Origin: an uncultured delta proteobacterium
GTDB taxonomy: Bacteria; Desulfobacterota; Binatia; Binatales; Binataceae
Direction of reading: 5' to 3'
Length of the DNA stretch: 64,000 nt
Assembly: GCA_963808235.1 (NCBI GenBank)
Contig: CAWEEQ010000004.1
Span: 1,216,001 to 1,280,000, forward strand
Within the stretch, counting starts at the first letter, position 1. Every line of letters begins with the position of its first letter. This document shows positions 57,915 to 64,000 of this stretch, piece after piece. A program made the position numbers and the translations under genes. The notes below the pieces were generated by a model. The model was not told where the DNA came from. It saw nothing but the letters and a program-made list of their open reading frames with translations, and did no database searches.

Positions 57915-57954
57915 AAAAACAAAGGACCGCCATTCGTGGCGGTCCTTTTGTTTT
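57915..57954. terminator. bidirectional rho-independent terminator
   Basis: AAAGGACCGCCA-TTCG-TGGCGGTCCTTT hairpin flanked by A and T tracts, between convergent genes. Confidence 0.9.
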
Positions 57955-57970
57955 ATAAAAGCGAGAAGAT

Positions 57971-58420
57971 CTAGAACGGGATATCTTCGTCGTCCATCGG
58001 CGCGACTTCGTCGCCGCCGCCTCCGACGCTTGCCGGTGCGCGACCGCGCGAGGAGTCTCCCGCGTCGTCACCCACAGCGCCGCCCCGCGAGCTCAGGAAC
58101 TGCACGCGCATCGCGACGATCTCCGTGACCTTGCGCTTGCCGGTTCCGTCCTTGGCTTCATACTCGCGATACGAGATGCGCCCCTCGACGTACACGGGGC
58201 TGCCTTTCTTCAAATATTGGGCGCACGCCTCACCCTGTTTGCCCCACACGATGATGTTGTGCCAGTCGGTGCGTTCCTGACGTCCGCCGCTCTTGTCGGC
58301 GAAACTTTCCTTGGTCGCGATCGAAAAGTTTGTAACCGAGCTGCCCGAGTTTGTATAGCGAGTCTCGGGGTCGCGTCCGAGATTGCCGATGAGAATCACT
58401 TTGTTTACCGACGCCGCCAT
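57971..58420 (-). CDS. ssb: single-stranded DNA-binding protein
   Basis: SVNKVILIGNLGRDPE, TDWHNI, VYVEGRI, C-terminal DDEDIPF. Confidence 0.97.
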   Translation of the reverse strand: MAASVNKVILIGNLGRDPETRYTNSGSSVTNFSIATKESFADKSGGRQERTDWHNIIVWGKQGEACAQYLKKGSPVYVEGRISYREYEAKDGTGKRKVTEIVAMRVQFLSSRGGAVGDDAGDSSRGRAPASVGGGGDEVAPMDDEDIPF

Positions 58421-58552
58421 GCTCTCCACCTCACTTTTGGAAAGTAGTCCCGCCTCGTACTCAAGGCAAGGCGGGGCTCAGCACCTGTCAACATCGGCTT
58501 TCCCAGCCCGTTGAGCACCGATATAATTCGCCACGGTGCGGAGGCAGGATAG

Positions 58553-60223
58553 TTGATGGCGGAAAGCACTGCTACGACCACTCCGGTGAGAATTGTTGCC
58601 CTCGGCGGATTGGGCGAGATCGGCCTGAACCTGATGGCGATAGAATGCGCCGGGCGGGCCATTGTGATCGACTGCGGCGTGATGTTCCCCGACGAGCCCG
58701 CGCTCGGGATGGGGACTTTCATTCCCGACATGTCCTGGCTCGAGCGCAGTCACGTGGCGATTGAGGCAGTAGTTCTGACCCATGCGCACGAGGACCACAT
58801 TGGGGCGCTGCCGCATCTTCTGCGTCGGTTCAACGTGCCTGTTTATGGAACCGACATCACGCTTGCGTTCGTGCGGCGGCGTCTGATCGAAAGTGAATTT
58901 GACGGAACGAACCTGAGAACCCTTGTACCGCGGACTATTCTCGAGGCGGGTCCGTTCAAAATCGAGCCGATCCGGGTCACTCATTCGACTCCGAATTCGA
59001 TTGCGCTGGCGATTCGCACCCCGGCAGGAACGATCGTCCATAGCGGCGACTTCAAGATCGACGAAGCGCCGGTGGACGGTGAGATGTTCGACCGCGAGCG
59101 TTTCGCGGAGCTGGGTGCAGAGGGCGTCGCGATTCTGCTTTCGGATTCGACCAACGTTGAACGGCCGGGCCGCTCCGGTTCGGAAAGCTCGCTCAAGCCG
59201 GTGCTGCGCGAACTGACCTCGCGTGCGCGCGGGCGGTTCTTTCTGTCGGCATTTTCCTCGCATCTGCATCGTATTCGACAGGTCGTGGAAGTCTCGCGCG
59301 AGTTCGGGCGCCGGGTCGTTCCATTGGGACGCAGGATGGCAGAGAGCGTGCGGCTGGGTCTCGAGACGGGCCAGCTGCCGTTTGCGCGAGCGATGTTCGT
59401 CGACGCGGCCGAAGCGGAGTTTATCGACGGCAATCGCCTGAGCTACCTGACCAGTGGAAGCCAGGGCGAACCGCTCTCCGCCCTGACCAAGCTCGCGTCG
59501 GACTCGCATCCGCGGGTGCGAATCGAGGCGGGCGACATGGTGGTGCTGTCGTCGCGCTTTATCCCGGGCAACGAGCGCACAATCAACACTTTGGTCAATC
59601 GGCTCTATCGTCAGGGGGCCGAGGTGGTCTACGACGCGGTCGCGCCGGTTCACGTTTCGGGGCATGCGTGCCAGGACGAACTGACGGAGTTGATCACGCT
59701 GACGAAGCCGCGATGCTTCGTTCCCATCCACGGTGAATATCGTCATCTGAAGCGCCACGTCGAGCTCGCGATCGGGGCTGGAATCCCGGAGGAAAATTGC
59801 TTCCTACTCGAAGACGGCGATTCGTTGATCGTCAATGCCGGCGAAGCGCATCGCGGCGCAACAGTCGAAGCGGGCCGGGTCATCCTGGAAGGATTAGAGG
59901 CTGGCGACCCCGCCGTGATCGGCGAGCGTCGAGTGCTCGCGCGCGACGGAATCGTGACGGCTTTTCTCGTTCTGTCGTCGAAAACCGGGCGCGTCATCGC
60001 GGGGCCTGACCTGATCTCGCGGGGACTGGTCAGCGGCGACGGCACCTCGGCGCACATGCGTCGGGTGAAAGAGGAATTGACGCGGCGGCTGGCCGCGATG
60101 GGCGGGCCGCTGCGCGCGAGCGAGCCGCGGGTGAAAGAGGAGATCGTTCGCGCGATTCGGCATTACTTCAGCGATGAGCTGGGCAAGCGTCCGCTGGTAA
60201 TCCCGTACGTAACGGAGGTGTGA
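58553..60223 (+). CDS. rnj: ribonuclease J
   Basis: LGGLGEIGLN, THAHEDHIG, HSGDFKID, GSQGEP, IPGNE, HVSGH, PIHGEYRH. Confidence 0.95.
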   Translation: MMAESTATTTPVRIVALGGLGEIGLNLMAIECAGRAIVIDCGVMFPDEPALGMGTFIPDMSWLERSHVAIEAVVLTHAHEDHIGALPHLLRRFNVPVYGTDITLAFVRRRLIESEFDGTNLRTLVPRTILEAGPFKIEPIRVTHSTPNSIALAIRTPAGTIVHSGDFKIDEAPVDGEMFDRERFAELGAEGVAILLSDSTNVERPGRSGSESSLKPVLRELTSRARGRFFLSAFSSHLHRIRQVVEVSREFGRRVVPLGRRMAESVRLGLETGQLPFARAMFVDAAEAEFIDGNRLSYLTSGSQGEPLSALTKLASDSHPRVRIEAGDMVVLSSRFIPGNERTINTLVNRLYRQGAEVVYDAVAPVHVSGHACQDELTELITLTKPRCFVPIHGEYRHLKRHVELAIGAGIPEENCFLLEDGDSLIVNAGEAHRGATVEAGRVILEGLEAGDPAVIGERRVLARDGIVTAFLVLSSKTGRVIAGPDLISRGLVSGDGTSAHMRRVKEELTRRLAAMGGPLRASEPRVKEEIVRAIRHYFSDELGKRPLVIPYVTEV

Positions 60224-60227
60224 CGCT

Positions 60228-62483
60228 ATCGCGCGCAACACCAAAACCCCGGTCGAATTGCCCGCTGCGCCGCCGGTTGCGGAACCTGTTTCGATTGTGT
60301 CGGCGGCGAGCAGCCGTATCGCGCGCGAATTGTGCGCACTCGCACTGCTTGCGTTTGCCGCGTTCGGAACCGTCAGCCTCGTAAGCGTCGATATCGGACA
60401 ACGTCCGAACCTAGGCGGACCGGTCGGTGCCGCGATTGCTTCTGCGCTCGACGACTTCATTGGTTACCAGTCGTACACCGCAATGATCCTGGTCGCGTGG
60501 CTGGCGCATCGAGTATGGACGGGCAAGTCGTTGGTCACGATCGCGCGAGAGATAGCCGGCGGAATCATGCTGATCGCGGCGCTTGCAACCGCGGCCGCGC
60601 TCGGAAATCTCCACGACAGCCGCACCGGCGGCCAAATCGGCTCTATCGCAGCGACTCAACTGAACGACTCGCTCAACGTTGCCGGCGGGATGATCGCGGT
60701 GGCGCTCGGACTCATCTGCGGACTCGCATTGATGCTCAAGCGCGCGCCGACCGAACTCGTCTCGACCGTCTCGAGTAGACTTCGCCGCCGCCGCTCCGAC
60801 GAATCCGGTCTCGCAGCCGGCGACACTCGGGTTCCATTCGCGCTCGACTTTGACGATGAAGTCGGCGCCGATCACGTCAACGGCAAGCCGGCGCCGCTCA
60901 AGGTCAGGCTGCTCGAGCTGCGCGACGGGTCGTCGCGAGACGCGCGCGAGAAGCGCGATAAAGCCGCCGCGATGAAGCCGCGCCAGAAGGGCGCCTACAA
61001 ACTTCCGCCGCAATCGCTGCTCGATCTGCCGCCAGCCGAGCATACCCAGGTCGATGAGGGCCAGCTCGAACGCAGCGCGCGAGTACTCGAACAGAAGCTC
61101 GCGGATTTCGGCGTGGAAGGACGGGTGGTCGAGGTGCAGCCGGGGCCGGTGGTTACGATGTACAAGTTCGAGCCGGGCTCCGGAATCAAGGTCAGTCAAA
61201 TTGTAAATCTATCCGATGATCTCTCAATGGCTCTCAGAGCGGCCGCAGTGAGAATCCAGGCGCCGGTGCCGGGCGAAGCGGTGGTTGGAATCGAGGTGCC
61301 GAACCGAAAGCGCGAGCGCGTCTACCTGCGCGAGATTCTCGAGGCCGAGGAATTTGTCGCCGCGCAGAGTCAGCTTACGATCGCGCTGGGCAAAGATATC
61401 GCCGGACGGCCGGTGGCGGCCGATCTCGCCAAGATGCCGCATCTGCTGATCGCGGGCGCGACCGGAACCGGGAAATCGGTCTCGATTCACACCATGATCG
61501 CGTCGATTCTGTTCAACGCGACCGCCGACGACGTGCGCCTGATCCTGGTCGATCCCAAGATGCTCGAATTGTCGGTGTACGAAAATATTCCGCATCTGCT
61601 GGTGCCGGTGGTGGTCGATACGCAAAAGGCGGCGTCGGTGCTCCTGTGGGCGACCCAGGAGATGGAGAATCGGTACCTGAGGATGCGCGAGCTCGGCGTG
61701 CGCAATATCGACGGCTACAACCAGGCGCTAGCCTCGGGCGTATCGATTGCACAACTGAAGATGGCCGGGCAGAGCGCGCCCGCGTCGGACGACCCGAACG
61801 AGCCGGCCGTCGGCGCAATCGAGCATCGCAAGCTGCCGAAGATCGTAATCGTGATCGACGAGCTCGCCGATTTGCTGCTGAGCGAGGGCAAGACCGTCGA
61901 GCGCGATATCACGCGGCTGGCGCAGAAGGCGCGTGCGGCCGGTATCCATCTGATCCTGGCGACCCAGCGTCCGTCGGTGGATGTGATCACCGGGCTGATC
62001 AAAGCTAACCTGCCGGCGCGAATTTCGTTGCAGGTTACTTCGCGAGTCGATTCGCGCACGATTCTGGATTCAATTGGCGCCGAACGTCTGCTTGGCGCGG
62101 GCGACATGCTGTTCATGCCGCCGGGCAGCGCGAAACTGCGCCGTCTGCATGGCCCGTTCGTTGGAGAGCATGAGATTCGCAAGCTTACGAATTTCCTGCG
62201 GGAGCAGGGCGCGCCCGAGTATCGGATGGAGATTCTCGACACCAAGCCGCCGAGCGAGGAAGAGGGTGGCGGCCTCGGCGCGGAAATGCAGGACGAGATG
62301 TACGATGAGGCGGTGCGAATCGTCATGGAAACGAATCAGGCGTCGATCTCGATGATCCAGCGAAGACTGAGGATCGGATATAACCGTGCGGCGCGAATGG
62401 TCGAGCAGATGGAGCGCGAGAATATCGTGATGCCCGCCGATGGCGCCAAACCGCGCGAAGTCCGGCTGCGCGGCGCGCATTGA
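60228..62483 (+). CDS. ftsK: DNA translocase FtsK
   Basis: N-terminal TMs, GPVVTMY, PHLLIAGATGTGKS, IVIDELAD, LATQRPS, gamma domain QRRLRIGYNRAAR. Start proposed at ATC 60228; the ORF track uses TTG 60258. Confidence 0.93.
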   Translation: MARNTKTPVELPAAPPVAEPVSIVSAASSRIARELCALALLAFAAFGTVSLVSVDIGQRPNLGGPVGAAIASALDDFIGYQSYTAMILVAWLAHRVWTGKSLVTIAREIAGGIMLIAALATAAALGNLHDSRTGGQIGSIAATQLNDSLNVAGGMIAVALGLICGLALMLKRAPTELVSTVSSRLRRRRSDESGLAAGDTRVPFALDFDDEVGADHVNGKPAPLKVRLLELRDGSSRDAREKRDKAAAMKPRQKGAYKLPPQSLLDLPPAEHTQVDEGQLERSARVLEQKLADFGVEGRVVEVQPGPVVTMYKFEPGSGIKVSQIVNLSDDLSMALRAAAVRIQAPVPGEAVVGIEVPNRKRERVYLREILEAEEFVAAQSQLTIALGKDIAGRPVAADLAKMPHLLIAGATGTGKSVSIHTMIASILFNATADDVRLILVDPKMLELSVYENIPHLLVPVVVDTQKAASVLLWATQEMENRYLRMRELGVRNIDGYNQALASGVSIAQLKMAGQSAPASDDPNEPAVGAIEHRKLPKIVIVIDELADLLLSEGKTVERDITRLAQKARAAGIHLILATQRPSVDVITGLIKANLPARISLQVTSRVDSRTILDSIGAERLLGAGDMLFMPPGSAKLRRLHGPFVGEHEIRKLTNFLREQGAPEYRMEILDTKPPSEEEGGGLGAEMQDEMYDEAVRIVMETNQASISMIQRRLRIGYNRAARMVEQMERENIVMPADGAKPREVRLRGAH

Positions 62484-62526
62484 TCGCGAATTGCGTGGCG
62501 GCTCATTTGCGTCGATCATAGAAAGG

Positions 62527-63207
62527 ATGAGGAGCGGGATTTTTCTTGCGATTGCGCTGGCGTTGACGGTCGGCACCCCTACTCATGCCGAAAATGTTAC
62601 GCCGGTCAGCGCGCCGGCAAGCAGCAGCGGCCTGAAGCAGGTGCTCGATCGCCTGCAGCGCCATTACCGCGACACGAATTCGTTCTCGGCAAAATTCAAC
62701 GAGGAGATAACTACGGTCGGCGCGCCCAAACGCCAACGCTCGGGTGTCGTTTCGTTCCGCAAGCCGGGCCGGATGCGATGGGAGTTCGCGGCGCCTGAAG
62801 TGCAAACGATCGTGAGCGACGGCGACATGCTCTACAGCTACGACCCGGAGCTCAACCAGGTCGTCGAGACTCCGCTCAAGCAGGCGCTCAAATCGAGCAG
62901 CGCGACTTCGTTCCTGCTCGGAATGGGAAATATCAACCGCGACTTCAAGGCCGAGTTTGCGAATTCGCCGGCGTCCGACGGTCTCATTCAATTGCTGTTG
63001 GACGCGAAGGCCGGTGGCTATAAGATTGAGATCGGGCTCGATCCGAAAAGCTACAACTTGATGACCTTGACGATTACCGATCAGCTTGGCGACGTGACCA
63101 AAGTAGATTTCACCGACATCCACAATAACGTCGAGCTGCCCGATTCGACTTTCGCATTCAAAGCGCCCACTGGCGCTGATATTGTGACAGCGCCTTCTGC
63201 GCCCTGA
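62527..63207 (+). CDS. lolA: outer-membrane lipoprotein carrier protein LolA
   Basis: Signal peptide; FSAKFNE, KPGRMRWE, IVSDG, YDPELNQV, FAFKAPTGADI; follows ftsK. Confidence 0.88.
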   Translation: MRSGIFLAIALALTVGTPTHAENVTPVSAPASSSGLKQVLDRLQRHYRDTNSFSAKFNEEITTVGAPKRQRSGVVSFRKPGRMRWEFAAPEVQTIVSDGDMLYSYDPELNQVVETPLKQALKSSSATSFLLGMGNINRDFKAEFANSPASDGLIQLLLDAKAGGYKIEIGLDPKSYNLMTLTITDQLGDVTKVDFTDIHNNVELPDSTFAFKAPTGADIVTAPSAP

Positions 63208-63310
63208 AGTACTTCAACGACGACGCGCTACGCTTAACTCTCGCAACCGCGTTTGCCTCGCCTCTATCCGGCGAGTATTTATAAAGGCCCCGTAATTTCG
63301 CGCTTCGCTC

Positions 63311-64000
63311 ATGGAAAAAGTTCATCTACTCACGCTTGGATGCCCCAAGAATCTCGCCGACAGCGAGCTGATGCTCGGCGCGCTGAGCGCGGCCGGCTTC
63401 GAGATCACGCTCGATCCCGAAGAGGCGCAGGTGCTGCTGGTGAACACGTGCGCGTTTATCGAGGCGGCGAAGAAGGAATCGATCGACGCGATCCTCGAGG
63501 CTGCGGAGGTAAAGAAGCGCGGCGCGGGGAAGCGGCTGGTCGTCGCGGGATGCCTGTCGCAGCGCTACGCCACGGAACTCGCAGCGACGATGCCGGAAGT
63601 AGACGTCTTCGTGGGCACCGGTAATTTTCTTGATCTGCCGGAATTGCTGCGCCGCACCGAGTCTCCGGAGAACCGCCCGATTCCGTACGCGGGCGCGGCT
63701 CACTTGCTGCCGACCGCCGCGATCCCGCGAATCAAGACCGGAGATTTCTTCACCTCTTACTTGAAGATTTCCGAAGGCTGCAATCACAAGTGCGCCTTCT
63801 GCATCATTCCGAAGATTCGCGGACTGCATGAGAGCCGCCCTCTCGCCGATTTGGTGGCGGAGGCGCGCAATCTCGCGGCCACCGGGGTTCGCGAGATCAA
63901 TCTGATCGCGCAGGATTTGACCGCATATGGCCGCGACCTCGATTCGCCGTCGTCGCTCGCCGCGTTGCTGCGAGAACTTTCAGCCGTCGAGGAACTCCGC
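63311..64000 (+). CDS. rimO: ribosomal protein S12 methylthiotransferase RimO, runs off the right edge
   Basis: Hand translation: MEKVHLLTLGCPKNLADSE, VNTCAFI, VAGCLSQRY, YLKISEGCNHKCAFCIIP, LIAQD. Confidence 0.93.
   Translation, partial: MEKVHLLTLGCPKNLADSELMLGALSAAGFEITLDPEEAQVLLVNTCAFIEAAKKESIDAILEAAEVKKRGAGKRLVVAGCLSQRYATELAATMPEVDVFVGTGNFLDLPELLRRTESPENRPIPYAGAAHLLPTAAIPRIKTGDFFTSYLKISEGCNHKCAFCIIPKIRGLHESRPLADLVAEARNLAATGVREINLIAQDLTAYGRDLDSPSSLAALLRELSAVEELR

Noticed and set aside
62256-62268. 13-nt perfect complement (GAGGAAGAGGGTG in ftsK) to the candidate RNA loop
   Set aside because: Low-complexity Glu-Glu-Gly codons deep in the CDS; a chance match is plausible.
1-64000. Mobile elements, prophage, defence systems, tRNA/rRNA, CRISPR
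   Set aside because: No integrase, transposase, reverse transcriptase, cas or phage motifs, cloverleaf or spaced repeat array was seen by eye; lhr has no defence-type neighbours.

Overview
GC-rich bacterial chromosomal segment, densely coding (about 50 genes), with no rRNA, tRNA, CRISPR array, transposase, integrase or phage gene visible. Gene content (cofGH, DUF1329, multi-PAS membrane hybrid kinase, rnj-ftsK-lolA-rimO, a W-x-LM-x-PP/APLSQW/C-x-A-x-DDP small protein) suggests a deltaproteobacteria-like soil lineage such as Binatota/Ca. Binatus; this is inference only. Mostly housekeeping and metabolic genes: F420 precursor synthesis, 2-oxoacid dehydrogenase E1a/E1b/E2, an Mla/Pqi-type ABC system, an isolated nuoB-nuoF-nuoG unit, lhr, acnA, ilvB, ssb, rnj, ftsK, lolA and rimO. 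The most notable items are (i) a roughly 170-nt rod-like candidate ncRNA with a C/U-rich loop between convergent genes at 16.8-17.0 kb; (ii) an uncharacterised cell-envelope cluster at 42.7-50.2 kb (DUF4382-like secreted protein plus lipoprotein, divergent from a VWA-TM-FHA receptor-like protein); (iii) a sigma54/IHF-type promoter ahead of a small repeat protein; (iv) a probable ATC start codon for ftsK; and (v) eight apparent +1 frameshifts between 22.5 and 40.8 kb, probably read or assembly errors. Family assignments come from motif recognition, not database searches.
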